From a virus (taxonomy: Duplodnaviria; Caudoviricetes): DNA of 64,000 bases. The stretch spans positions 13,639 through 77,638 of IMG/VR virus record IMGVR_UViG_3300025867_000014. One strand, written 5' to 3'. The notes below the pieces were generated by a model. It did not search any database. It was not told the DNA's origin and worked only from the letters and a program-made list of their open reading frames with translations. This document shows positions 1-9,815 of the stretch, piece after piece (position 1 is the first letter of the stretch; each line of letters begins with the position of its first letter). A program made the position numbers and the translations under genes.

Positions 1-2217
1 TTATTGAAAGAATTGGTATATGTTAAGAAAGAAAGTACCGACCCAACAGACACAGCGTTATTAATTAATACATTAACGCAAAAACAAAATCAAAATCTAG
101 TAAACATAACGACAGGTATTTTGAACAATACCAATTTAATAAAACTTACATTATCGAACCCAAAAGAAATTGACCATTATAGTTTATATGGAATAACGGG
201 GGTAAATAGTAAAAATTTCGATGTAGGTGAATTTTCAGCAGGACAAATAACACAAGATAATTTGGACTACATTAAACTATATCTTGGTGAAGATATGGAA
301 CAATATTATCTTGATTTCTTTGTATCGAATAATATTGCGTTAAATGAAGATAACATTAAGAATTTAAGGTTCTTAATTTATACATACGCGGGGGCGAAGG
401 CGGCTGGTATTAGTTTTACTGGAACATCAACATATACAAAGTATTTGGTTGATAATGTTGTTACTCCAACAACAGATAGATTGAGCTTCTTTTTAAATAC
501 TTTAATCGGTAAATTTGCGGGGTTAAAACCAGTAGAAACAGAAAACACATTAACTATGAGTCGAGGTTATAATGATGACCCAATCAAACTTGAATTATAT
601 GATTATTTTAAATCATTCAATGATAAGTGGGTTGCTGGGAATTCATTAGGACAAAGAACATTAATGGAAGAATTTTTGTTTTTAGATAAGGCGAATAAGG
701 ATATTGGGGATCAGGTTTATTTAAGTATGGATAGATTGATGTCCCTTTTAGACCAAACAGATTTAAATAAGGTGACTTTATATTCCGCTATTAATCTTTT
801 AATCAAAAATACTGGGTTTGATATTAGACCTTTACCAGCATATGTAAATTTCTATGGAACAAACTTCTCGAATACGAAAAAGATAGTTCCGTCAAAGAAT
901 GTTGCAAAGAATTTGTTTGGTACATTTTTAGAAGTTGATTATCAAGAATCATCGCCAAAAATTATATTACAATATATGGGGCCGGCATCAAAACACCTTG
1001 AAATGTCGGACATTGATAAAAGTTCGAAATATAAGAACGACTCATTTGATATGAGTAATGTCAATAATAACCCGCTCGTTGTTGCACCTGATGTTTTCAG
1101 AAATATAGACTTTGCTAAGTCGAATAAGGCGGTAGCATTTGAAGTTAGTTTCGGGGATCAAAATCAAGCAATATTCAAGGGATTGGAATTGAATCAAAAC
1201 ACAATAAAAAACACATCTGAATCATTTCAGGTGTTGGAAAGATTAGGTAATGCGGAAACCGGTTCAAGTACCGCCCAAATAGATATTGGGTTGTTCGATA
1301 TATACAGAACAGCATCGTATAGTTGTACAGTCACATCAATGGGTGATATGATGATTCAACCAACGATGTATTTTTATTTGAAAAATGTTCCGTTATTTAG
1401 GGGGTCATATTGGATTACCGAAGTAAATCACACAATAAGAAATAATGGTATCGAAACATCATTTACAGGGAGTAGAATACCATTACAGTCATTACCTGAC
1501 CCCAAAGATTCGTTCTTGGCAAGTTATCGTTCATTGTTCGACCAATTAACCAAGACTGCAATTGCTAAGGTACAACAATCTGTATTGACACCGACAGGAA
1601 TAACGCAATATGAAGAAACAATATTGGATGAAAAGAAAAACAAGTTGTTCACAGTTAATATGGGGCCAAAGAAAATAGGTGGAGAAGAATTAATAAAAGA
1701 AAGTGGCATCAAAGAATATGGAATACCATATAATGGATATAACGATGAAAAATATATCCAATTTGTAAAATATCGAACAAAATATAATGATGAGTGGTTA
1801 AGAGCAACGGTTGTTGAAATGGGTGGGCCTCGTTATAGTGCAGCGTCAAGTCGTTTTAATGATGATACTCATATGGCGATAATCAGTTCGTATATAAATA
1901 ACGATCAAAGTCAAACCAAAACAACTTGGGGAGAAATTAAAGATACCAGTAAAACTCAATCATTTTATTGTTCCAGATTTGATTTAGGAGTTGCAACGGC
2001 AAATAAAATTACCGATTATTTTGGAAAAACTGAATTTTATAACCCACAAAATAATAAACAGTTAATACTTAGTACAAATTTCAATAATACCACAAAGAAG
2101 TATAGCGGGCCTATTCATCGAGGGCCATCACTAGATGGTTTAGGTATGTCGAAGAAATTGATGTCAGAATTAGGACTAGTTGATGGTGATGTGGTTTATT
2201 TTCGTTTAACATCATAA
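1..2217 (+). CDS. Baseplate hub-like structural protein (gp27/late control D-like C-terminal region), 5' truncated by the window
   Basis: Frame is open from position 1. The segment YSCTVTSMGDMMIQPTMYFYLKNVPLFRGSYWITEVNHTIRNNGIETSFTGSR resembles the C-terminal barrel of phage hub/GpD proteins. Confidence 0.55.
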   Translation, partial: LLKELVYVKKESTDPTDTALLINTLTQKQNQNLVNITTGILNNTNLIKLTLSNPKEIDHYSLYGITGVNSKNFDVGEFSAGQITQDNLDYIKLYLGEDMEQYYLDFFVSNNIALNEDNIKNLRFLIYTYAGAKAAGISFTGTSTYTKYLVDNVVTPTTDRLSFFLNTLIGKFAGLKPVETENTLTMSRGYNDDPIKLELYDYFKSFNDKWVAGNSLGQRTLMEEFLFLDKANKDIGDQVYLSMDRLMSLLDQTDLNKVTLYSAINLLIKNTGFDIRPLPAYVNFYGTNFSNTKKIVPSKNVAKNLFGTFLEVDYQESSPKIILQYMGPASKHLEMSDIDKSSKYKNDSFDMSNVNNNPLVVAPDVFRNIDFAKSNKAVAFEVSFGDQNQAIFKGLELNQNTIKNTSESFQVLERLGNAETGSSTAQIDIGLFDIYRTASYSCTVTSMGDMMIQPTMYFYLKNVPLFRGSYWITEVNHTIRNNGIETSFTGSRIPLQSLPDPKDSFLASYRSLFDQLTKTAIAKVQQSVLTPTGITQYEETILDEKKNKLFTVNMGPKKIGGEELIKESGIKEYGIPYNGYNDEKYIQFVKYRTKYNDEWLRATVVEMGGPRYSAASSRFNDDTHMAIISSYINNDQSQTKTTWGEIKDTSKTQSFYCSRFDLGVATANKITDYFGKTEFYNPQNNKQLILSTNFNNTTKKYSGPIHRGPSLDGLGMSKKLMSELGLVDGDVVYFRLTS

Positions 2218-2257
2218 TATTTACATTTTTTTTGATATTTATATAACAAAATAGAAT

Positions 2258-2464
2258 ATGGAACAAAAAGTATCTCGAACTCTTGACGATTTTCTTGAAA
2301 AAGATAAACTCATCAAGAAGAAGACATCAGAAGATGGTAAAGAAGAAGAGGTTTGTGATTTAACCACAGGGGAGTGCTATATTATCCGTTCAAAAGATGG
2401 GATAGTCGAAAGAATAAATAAAAAATACATTACCGAAGACGGTAGACAATTATTAGAAGATTAA
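2258..2464 (+). CDS. Hypothetical protein (68 aa)
   Basis: ORF preceded by TATTTAT motif at 2236-2242; tight gene packing. Confidence 0.75.
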   Translation: MEQKVSRTLDDFLEKDKLIKKKTSEDGKEEEVCDLTTGECYIIRSKDGIVERINKKYITEDGRQLLED

Positions 2465-2468
2465 TACT

Positions 2469-3161
2469 ATGAACGACATCGAAAAGAAATTGCACGAAGA
2501 AGTTACTCGCTATAAGGAAATCAGCAAGTATGCTTTAAACTTAATGGAACAAGCAGAACCCGAACCAACACCATTAACACCACCACCGGGACAAGAAGCC
2601 CCACCAATGCCCGGAGCAGAAGCAGGTGTACCACCTGTACCGGGAGCTGAAGGTGAAGTTCCGCCAGTGCCGGGAGCAGAAGGTGAAACACCACCTGAAA
2701 CAGAAGCAGGAGCGACAACACCGCCGGCAACAGATGATACAACAGAAGACATCGATGTTACCGAATTGGTTAATATGACAAAAAATATTAAACAAGAATT
2801 GGAAGCGTCTAAAACAGATAACTCTGGTGTAATCGAAAAAATGGACGGTGTATTCAATAAATTATCTGAATTGGAAGGTAAGTTAGCAGAAATGGATAAC
2901 ATCATTTCTAAAATTGATGAACTTGGTTCAAAGGTTGACCAAATGAAACCACCAACGCCTGTTGAAAAACTGGAAATGAGAAGTTTAGATTCATATCCGT
3001 TCAATCAAAAACCCGATGAATTTTTTGCTGAAAAACAGCAACAAATGAAACAAAGCGGTAAAAATGAATATGTGTTAACGAAAGATGATGTTCAAAATTA
3101 CAACAAAGAGAACATAAAACAATCCTTTAATGACAGATTAGACGATGCAACTCAGTTCTAA
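2469..3161 (+). CDS. Acidic Pro-rich coiled-coil protein, possibly head-associated
   Basis: 230 aa ORF with three ~10-aa PPVPGAEGE-type repeats and a coiled-coil C-terminal half. Confidence 0.7.
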   Translation: MNDIEKKLHEEVTRYKEISKYALNLMEQAEPEPTPLTPPPGQEAPPMPGAEAGVPPVPGAEGEVPPVPGAEGETPPETEAGATTPPATDDTTEDIDVTELVNMTKNIKQELEASKTDNSGVIEKMDGVFNKLSELEGKLAEMDNIISKIDELGSKVDQMKPPTPVEKLEMRSLDSYPFNQKPDEFFAEKQQQMKQSGKNEYVLTKDDVQNYNKENIKQSFNDRLDDATQF

Positions 3162-3516
3162 CATAAAGTTTCTTTTAGAAACACAAGTCCAATTTAAAAT
3201 TTTACATTGGCAAACCAAAGCATTTGCAAGACATCTTGCATTTGGTGGAATCTATGATTCATTAGACGACCTTATTGACAAATATGTTGAAGTTGCTATG
3301 GGTAAGTACGGAAGACCCGTTTTAAAAGATGATGATAAGACCATTAAACTTATTAATCTTTCTGAAATGAAGTTAAATCCGTTTATGAAAGGAATTCAAA
3401 CGGAATTGGCAAAATGGTCATCAGATTTGGATGAAAAGGATACAGACCTATTAAATATAAGGGATGAAATTTTAGCGGAGGTAAATAAATTATCCTATCT
3501 ACTTACATTAGAATAA
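3145..3516 (+). CDS. Ferritin/Dps-like four-helix protein (phage DUF5856-like)
   Basis: LHWQTKAFARHLAFGGIYDSLDDLIDKYVE and RDEILAEVNKLSYLLTLE match the ferritin-like HW..H...Y..L....D...E pattern. Confidence 0.65.
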   Translation: MQLSSNIKFLLETQVQFKILHWQTKAFARHLAFGGIYDSLDDLIDKYVEVAMGKYGRPVLKDDDKTIKLINLSEMKLNPFMKGIQTELAKWSSDLDEKDTDLLNIRDEILAEVNKLSYLLTLE

Positions 3517-3542
3517 CTTAAAAAATATTTTCAAAAAAGATG

Positions 3543-3570
3543 AGCCGGATTTCACTATTCGGCTTTTTTT
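3543..3570 (+). terminator. Rho-independent terminator
   Basis: AGCCGGAT-ttcact-ATTCGGCT stem (one G.U pair) followed by a T7 tract, downstream of the ferritin-like gene. Confidence 0.75.
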
Positions 3571-3617
3571 GTTTATATTTTCAATACCAATAATAATTAA
3601 CTTAAATTTTAAACACT

Positions 3618-4478
3618 ATGAGTGACATTGCAAAATCAGTTCTTGCTCAGTATGAGAAGAACAAAGCCGCAAGCGGCAGTTCAGGTAAATTTTCCAGTTC
3701 AGAAGAAAGGATGAAGAAGTATTTTACCACGGTATTACCGAAAAATGTAACATCAGAAGAAAGACGAATTCGTATTCTTCCGACTAAAGACGGATCTTCA
3801 CCGTTCAAAGAAGTAAAATTCCACGAAATTCAGGTGGATGGCGAATGGACAAAGTTGTATGACCCCGCACAAGAAGGTAAAAGATCCCCTCTTAATGAGG
3901 TAAAGGAAGCCTTGGAAGCCACGGGTAAAGAAGACGACAAAGAATTATCGAAGACTTATCGTTCTCGTAAATTCTATATCGTGAAAGTCATCGACAGAGA
4001 CAAAGAACAAGACGGGCCAAAATTCTGGAGGTTCAAGCATAACTCAAAAGGGGAAGGGGTTATGGATAAAATTTTCCCAATCTTCCGTAACAAAGGTGAT
4101 ATCACCGATGTTGAAAAAGGTCGTGACCTTATTCTTAGCCTTTCATTGTCAAAATCTAACAATGGTAAGGATTACACAACAATCAGTTCAGTTATCCCTG
4201 AAGATGCAGGGCCACTACACGAAGACCCAGCGAAAGTTAAAGAATGGGTGGACGATGAATTAGTATGGAGCGATGTATATTCCAAGAAATCGGAAGAATA
4301 TCTTGAAATGGTCGCCAATGGTGAAGTTCCACAATGGGACAAAGAAAATAAGAAATGGATTTCAAAGACCTCTGGTGAAGTAACTATCGGTGGCGGAAAT
4401 TCCGAACATGTGGATGAACCAATTATTGAGGATCCACAAGCCGAAGTACAAGAGCCAGATGAGGATTTGCCCTTTTAA
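3618..4478 (+). CDS. Single-stranded DNA-binding protein, T4 gp32-like
   Basis: RIRILP...F.EVKFH, RKFYIVKVIDR..EQDGPKFWRF, GRDL.L.L motifs; acidic C-terminal tail ending DEDLPF. Confidence 0.8.
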   Translation: MSDIAKSVLAQYEKNKAASGSSGKFSSSEERMKKYFTTVLPKNVTSEERRIRILPTKDGSSPFKEVKFHEIQVDGEWTKLYDPAQEGKRSPLNEVKEALEATGKEDDKELSKTYRSRKFYIVKVIDRDKEQDGPKFWRFKHNSKGEGVMDKIFPIFRNKGDITDVEKGRDLILSLSLSKSNNGKDYTTISSVIPEDAGPLHEDPAKVKEWVDDELVWSDVYSKKSEEYLEMVANGEVPQWDKENKKWISKTSGEVTIGGGNSEHVDEPIIEDPQAEVQEPDEDLPF

Positions 4479-4510
4479 AATGGTAAACTTGTAAAAAAAA
4501 TCTACCTTTT

Positions 4511-4550
4511 TAACTTTCCTAGATATTTATTATTATATTTAGGAAAGTTA
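4511..4550 (+). promoter_or_regulatory. 16-bp hairpin enclosing a TATTTAT motif and masking the endonuclease start
   Basis: TAACTTTCCTAGATAT (4511-4526) pairs with ATATTTAGGAAAGTTA (4535-4550), one G.U pair; the right arm ends on the A of the ATG. Confidence 0.75.
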
Positions 4551-5107
4551 TGAAGGAGATAAAAGAAAAAAAATGTTTTAAATGTGAAAAAACATTACCT
4601 ATAGAGGATTTTTATTTACATAAAAAAATGCTAGATGGCCACTTAAATAAGTGTATATCTTGTACTAAAAAGGATGTAAGAAAGAGAGAAACTGAATTAA
4701 AAAACGATAAGGATTGGTTGGAAAAAGAAAGAAAAAGATGCCGAGACAGATATTACAGGCTTGGGTACATAAACAAAAAACCAACTAAAGAAAAAAGACG
4801 AGAAATTATAAAACGGAATATACAAAAATATCCTGAAAAGTATATGGCAGCAAAATATACTGAGATATTTTTAACTAAGGTTCCGGGTATGAATTTACAC
4901 CATTGGTCATATAATCAAGAGGATTGGTTAGATATCATAGAATTAACAATTAAAGATCACCATTTTTTGCATAGATTTCTGGATTATGATCAAAATTTTA
5001 TGATGTTTAGGGATAAAAATGGAAATTTATTAAAAAATAAAGATGAACACATAAAATTATTAGAAAAATTGAAATTAGAAAATGAAAATTATAGACATTA
5101 TATATGA
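4550..5107 (+). mobile_element. Free-standing HNH-type homing endonuclease-like gene
   Basis: N-terminal CxxC...CxxC zinc finger (CFKC, CISC) and C-terminal LHHWSY...DHHFLH; inserted between SSB and the RecA region. Confidence 0.65.
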
Positions 5108-5571
5108 ATTAATATCAAATAAACTACCATCACAAAATAATCAACCACAAATACTTAATACTAAAAATGGCACGATTAATCTAAATACATTTAGTGATGA
5201 TGTCATTTACGGGGAAGAATTAAGACTATTCAAAGATAAATTATTGGAATGTGATGAATTCAAGGATTGTGAAATGCTTGAATTTCTTCCATTACCAATT
5301 GTCCAAAATAAAGAAGGTAAACCAATATCTGCAGTATCTATATTACTTGGTGAAGGTAGGAAATTTAAGGGAAGATGTTTTTTATAATGCCCGTCAAAGA
5401 AAACAACTACATCTTTAGTGTAGTAGTAGTTCATTATCGTTAGCATTAACACCAACGATGTACGAACCCGTAAAAGAAAAGTTTTTGAAACGATTCGAGG
5501 GTAGGGCAATTATTTTGGAAGAAGAATTAAATAAATTTTTACAAGAAAACGGAGCAACAAATGGCAATTAA
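5082..5571 (+). pseudogene. Interrupted hypothetical gene: 101 aa ORF, 52-nt gap, then a 44 aa continuation in another frame
   Basis: ORF 5082-5387 ends ...KFKGRCFL*. After TTA at 5434-5436 the +1 frame reads SLALTPTMYEPVKEKFLKRFEGRAIILEEELNKFLQENGATNGN* and overlaps the recA start. Confidence 0.5.
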
Positions 5572-6553
5572 GAAAAAAGAAATTCCTGATTACAAGGAAA
5601 AATATTCATCAAAGACAAAGTATAAACCAATTAATTATTATTACTGCGGCGAAGCATTTGCAAACGCTTGCGGTTTACCCGGCCCTATTATGGGTGGGTT
5701 AAATATGTTTCTTGGTCACAGTGACACGGCAAAAACAAATGCAATGATTATTGCCGCAGCAGACGCACAAAAAAGAGGGGATTTACCTGTTTTTGTAATA
5801 ACCGAAAAGAAATGGTCGTGGGAGCACGCGGTTGATTTAGGATTGCAAGCAGAAAAAAATGAAGATGGTGAATGGGTCGGTGATTTTATTTTTAACGATT
5901 CGTTTGATACAATTGAGCAGGCAACAGATTTCATTAATTTGATATTGGATGAACAAGAGAAAGGTAACATTCCACGAAATATACAATTCTGTTGGGATAG
6001 TATTGGTTCAATTCCTTGTCAAATGACATTTGAAGGTAAGGGTGGCCGTATGCATAATGCAGCGGTGCTGGCAGAAAGAATCGGAATGGGACTTCACTCA
6101 AGAATATCAAAGTCGAAAAAAGAAGATTATCCATATTACAATACTATGATAATTGTCAATCAACCGTGGGTTGATTTACCAGATAACCCATTTGGTCAAC
6201 CTGAAATTAAACCTAAAGGTGGTGAAGCATTATGGTTAGCATCGTCATTGGTTTTCTTATTTGGTAATCAAAAGAAAGCTGGAATCAACAGGCTTGACGC
6301 AACAAAAAATGGCCGAAAAGTATTATATGGAATTAGAACAAAAATTTCCGTTTTGAAAAATCACATGACAGGTATAAGTTTTATGGACGGAAAAGTTATT
6401 GCAGTACCGCAAGGATTTATTATGGATACAAAAGAAGCCATTGAAGAATACAAGAAAAAATATTCCGAGTATTGGAATAAAATTCTTGGCGGAACTGGTG
6501 ATTTTATTGTGACTGAATCCACGGTGAACGAGGATGATGATGACGATGAATAA
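5561..6553 (+). CDS. recA: RecA/UvsX-like recombinase
   Basis: Walker A-like GHSDTAKT, Walker B-like FCWDSIGS, IIVNQPW, KPKGGEALWLASSL. Confidence 0.85.
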   Translation: MAIKKKEIPDYKEKYSSKTKYKPINYYYCGEAFANACGLPGPIMGGLNMFLGHSDTAKTNAMIIAAADAQKRGDLPVFVITEKKWSWEHAVDLGLQAEKNEDGEWVGDFIFNDSFDTIEQATDFINLILDEQEKGNIPRNIQFCWDSIGSIPCQMTFEGKGGRMHNAAVLAERIGMGLHSRISKSKKEDYPYYNTMIIVNQPWVDLPDNPFGQPEIKPKGGEALWLASSLVFLFGNQKKAGINRLDATKNGRKVLYGIRTKISVLKNHMTGISFMDGKVIAVPQGFIMDTKEAIEEYKKKYSEYWNKILGGTGDFIVTESTVNEDDDDDE

Positions 6554-6567
6554 TTTTTCATCAAAAG

Positions 6568-6599
6568 TTTGGGTATATCCGAAAATTTCGGTATCTTTT
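6568..6599 (+). promoter_or_regulatory. Bacteroidota-type primary-sigma promoter
   Basis: TTTG (6568-6571), 20-nt spacer, TATCTTTT (6592-6599); matches the -33/-7 consensus TTTG-N19-21-TAnnTTTG with one mismatch. Confidence 0.55.
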
Positions 6600-6635
6600 A
6601 GAAAACAGATTGTGTAACCATTTAATAAATGAAAA

Positions 6636-7655
6636 TTGAAAACAAATACTTTACTTGTTGATGGTGACAACTTATTAACTATCGGTTTTTTTGGGTTAAA
6701 GAATCATTTTTATAAGGGTCAACATATAGGTGGTATATATCACTTTCTGAATACTCTTAGAAGAACTTTCGATACATACTTTTTAGATAAAATTTGCGTT
6801 TTTTGGGACGGGGATGATTCTGGTTTTCAAAGGCGCAAATTTTACGCGCCATATAAACAGAACAGGAACAATAGGCTTAAAAGTGAAGAAGAAATAAATG
6901 CTTATAATAGGCAGAGAAACAGGATTAAACAATATCTCGAAGAAATATATGTTAGGCAGGGGGAATATGAGCATTGTGAAACGGATGACTGCATTGCATA
7001 CTATGTACAAAACGCCCCCAATGAAAAGATTACCATATATTCATCCGATAGGGATTTAACCCAATTGGTCAGAGAAAATGTCTTTATTTATAGTCCGTCA
7101 CATCAAAAGGTTTATGGCCCGGGTAGTGTTATGGAATATGACCACGAGGATATTTTAATCGAAAATGTGAAACTTGTTAAAATACTATGCGGCGACCAAT
7201 CGGATAATATTCACGGAATTCGAAATATGGGAGTAAAAACCCTTATTAAGTTATACCCAGAAATACAAACGAATGTTTTAACACTTGAAGATATTATAGA
7301 AAAAACCAAATTATTATTTGAAGAAGACAAGAAAAGTGTAATCATCCAAAATCTATTGACGGGAGTTAGCAAATTAGGGGTGTTTGGTGACGAATTTTAC
7401 GAGATAAATTATAAGTTGATAGATTTATCCACTCCGCTATTAACTGACGATGCAAGGTCAGGAATTAACGATTTAATACATGAAAATTTAGACACGGAAG
7501 GGAGGTCGTACAAAAACGCAATGAAATTAATGCAAGATGATGGTTTATTTCTTATATTACAACAACAACACATTGATTTCGTAAAATATTTCACACCATT
7601 TTTAAGGCTGACTCAAAAAGAAAAAAATAAACATTACCATAAAGCAAAAAAATAA
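6636..7655 (+). CDS. 5'-3' exonuclease / flap endonuclease (PolA N-terminal, T4 RNase H-like)
   Basis: LLVDGDN, FWDG, ETDDCIA, IYSSDRDLTQL, LCGDQSDNIHGI motifs; TTG start. Confidence 0.9.
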   Translation: MKTNTLLVDGDNLLTIGFFGLKNHFYKGQHIGGIYHFLNTLRRTFDTYFLDKICVFWDGDDSGFQRRKFYAPYKQNRNNRLKSEEEINAYNRQRNRIKQYLEEIYVRQGEYEHCETDDCIAYYVQNAPNEKITIYSSDRDLTQLVRENVFIYSPSHQKVYGPGSVMEYDHEDILIENVKLVKILCGDQSDNIHGIRNMGVKTLIKLYPEIQTNVLTLEDIIEKTKLLFEEDKKSVIIQNLLTGVSKLGVFGDEFYEINYKLIDLSTPLLTDDARSGINDLIHENLDTEGRSYKNAMKLMQDDGLFLILQQQHIDFVKYFTPFLRLTQKEKNKHYHKAKK

Positions 7656-7659
7656 AACT

Positions 7660-8121
7660 ATGACAAACCAAGATTTAATAAAACTGGAATTCCTTTTAAC
7701 ACTTGAAGGGAATATCATTATTCAAAGGTTCTTCAATGTAAAGGACTTTAACCCGATGGCGGTATACTCAACCGAATTGTATGAGACCGTAAAAGAAATT
7801 TGTGATGAAATTTCATACGATTTGAAAATGAAAACCATCGATTATTTACTCGAAAATCAAAATTATTATTACGATTTCGAGAATGTGGAAAGCGAAACAG
7901 AAATTGCGGAAGAATACTTCCTGCTAGAAGTTAAGCTCGATAACCATATATTTATTTCCAGAATATTCCCAGCACATGTGTACCATCCAAAGGTTAGATA
8001 TACAGTTGATATCCGCCCGAAAGTGCGTGGCATACTTGCAATGCTAACCGATGTGTTATCTTCTAGTGAACTGGAAACTACAGATATGGGGTACGAATTA
8101 AACATACAGAACAGGAAATAA
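7660..8121 (+). CDS. Hypothetical protein in the replication cluster
   Basis: 153 aa ORF tightly packed between the exonuclease and helicase genes. Confidence 0.75.
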   Translation: MTNQDLIKLEFLLTLEGNIIIQRFFNVKDFNPMAVYSTELYETVKEICDEISYDLKMKTIDYLLENQNYYYDFENVESETEIAEEYFLLEVKLDNHIFISRIFPAHVYHPKVRYTVDIRPKVRGILAMLTDVLSSSELETTDMGYELNIQNRK

Positions 8122-8124
8122 AAT

Positions 8125-9747
8125 ATGGCAGAAGAGAAAAATTTTGGTTATTTGGGGACGAGTTTCCAACAATCATTGATTAAAATTATCATTGAGGATA
8201 AGAAGTTCGCCACCACCATTTTAGATGTCATTGACCCTCATTATTTTGAGGGAGCGTCATTTCGGTTCATCGTTCAAAATATCAAGGAACTTTATCAGCA
8301 ATATAATGAAATTCCCGGGTATAAGAACATATCCTACAAGATAATGGAGGAGAACCAGAATGATACGATGTCTAAAATGCATATGGACACCTTAAAAGGT
8401 ATTGAAGATTATGAATTAACAGGGGTAAATCAAATAAAAGACAAAGCCCTTAATTTTTGTAGACAACAAGTCCTTAAAAGGGAACTTAAAGTAGTACAAT
8501 CGATTATTGACCAAGGCGATTTCGACTCGTATAAGAAAATTGAGGAAATTATTCAAAATGCGTTGCGTGTTGGTGCAAATACCAATGATGTAAAAGATGT
8601 ATTTGAAAATGTACGAGCCGTTTTACAAGTAGATGCTCGAGTACCAATCCCAACGGGGATAGATGGTCTTGACAATATGTTAGACGGTGGACTTGGTATA
8701 GGTGAATTAGGTGTTGTACTAGCCCCAACAGGTGTTGGTAAAACAACAATGTTAACAATATTTGCAAATACTGCATATAATGTTGGATTTAAAGTTTTAC
8801 AAATTGTTTTTGAGGACAATGTAAATTCAATATTAAGAAAGCATTATACTCGTTGGACTGGGGTTGCACCGAATGAATTACCAACCGAAGCAGATACTAT
8901 CGTTGAGATGCTTGGTGAAATTGAAAAGAATTCTAAAGGTCAACTTAAAATTTGTAAATTACCAAGTGATTCAGTTACCGTATCCGAGCTTAAAGGAATG
9001 TTAAGAAAGCTTGCAATGGAAGGGTTTGTTCCCGACCTATTATTAATTGACTATGTTGATTGTATTATACCAGAAAAAGCAGCATATGGCGAAGAATGGA
9101 AAGGTGAAGGGTCAATTATGAGACATTTGGAAGCAATGACAAGTGAATTTAATATCGCGATATGGGCGGCTACACAAGGTAATCGTGAGTCGATAACAAC
9201 AGAAATTGTAACATCTAATTTAATGGGTGGGTCAATTAAAAAGGCTCAAATAGCACATGTTGTTATATCGGCGGGTAAAACACTCGAACAAAAAGAACAT
9301 AAATTAGCGACATTAACACTTTTGAAATCTAGAATTGGTCAGGATGGTATTGTTTGGCAAAATTGTCATTTCAATAATGAAATGTTACAAATCAATACGG
9401 AGGCACAGGAAACAATGCTTGGCCACGAGCAAAATGAGGAAAAAAGGAGAACACAACGAGCCATTGATGTATATAAAGAAAGAAAAAGAAAGGAATTGGA
9501 AGAACTTTCTGGTAAACTATCTTTTTCTGAACCACCATCCAGTGCAATAAAACCAAATACCTCGTTTGATACGCCAAAGGAAAAAGTAGTACATCAAACA
9601 ACAATAACAGAAGCAAAGGAATTAGCAAAAGTTGATAAAAAACTTGAAAATCTCAAGAAAAACTTGGAACGAAATAAGAAAATCGCGGAAGAAAAACTTC
9701 GATTAAAACAAGAAAAAGTTCACGAAGAATCAACGATATCTACTTAA
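8125..9747 (+). CDS. dnaB: DnaB-like replicative helicase
   Basis: IPTGIDGLDNMLDGGL, Walker A APTGVGKT, LLIDYVD, IWAATQGNR, LLKSR; charged C-terminal extension. Confidence 0.9.
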   Translation: MAEEKNFGYLGTSFQQSLIKIIIEDKKFATTILDVIDPHYFEGASFRFIVQNIKELYQQYNEIPGYKNISYKIMEENQNDTMSKMHMDTLKGIEDYELTGVNQIKDKALNFCRQQVLKRELKVVQSIIDQGDFDSYKKIEEIIQNALRVGANTNDVKDVFENVRAVLQVDARVPIPTGIDGLDNMLDGGLGIGELGVVLAPTGVGKTTMLTIFANTAYNVGFKVLQIVFEDNVNSILRKHYTRWTGVAPNELPTEADTIVEMLGEIEKNSKGQLKICKLPSDSVTVSELKGMLRKLAMEGFVPDLLLIDYVDCIIPEKAAYGEEWKGEGSIMRHLEAMTSEFNIAIWAATQGNRESITTEIVTSNLMGGSIKKAQIAHVVISAGKTLEQKEHKLATLTLLKSRIGQDGIVWQNCHFNNEMLQINTEAQETMLGHEQNEEKRRTQRAIDVYKERKRKELEELSGKLSFSEPPSSAIKPNTSFDTPKEKVVHQTTITEAKELAKVDKKLENLKKNLERNKKIAEEKLRLKQEKVHEESTIST

Positions 9748-9759
9748 CAATAATAAACT

Positions 9760-9808
9760 ATATAGAGCGGGCAGGGTAATACTGTTCGCTCTATATTTAT
9801 CTTTTTTT
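9760..9808 (+). terminator. 15-bp hairpin between dnaB and nrdJ, probable terminator overlapping a TATTTAT motif
   Basis: ATATAGAGCGGGCAG / CTGTTCGCTCTATAT stem with two G.U pairs, followed by TTATCTTTTTTT. Confidence 0.55.
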
Positions 9809-9815
9809 AATAATT

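Noticed and set aside
5207-5509. Minus-strand 100-aa ORF filling the gap before recA
   Set aside because: Antisense to two + strand coding segments, with no promoter or family signature.
9748-9815. Cobalamin riboswitch upstream of nrdJ
   Set aside because: Only 68 nt containing one simple hairpin; too short and lacking the B12-box features.
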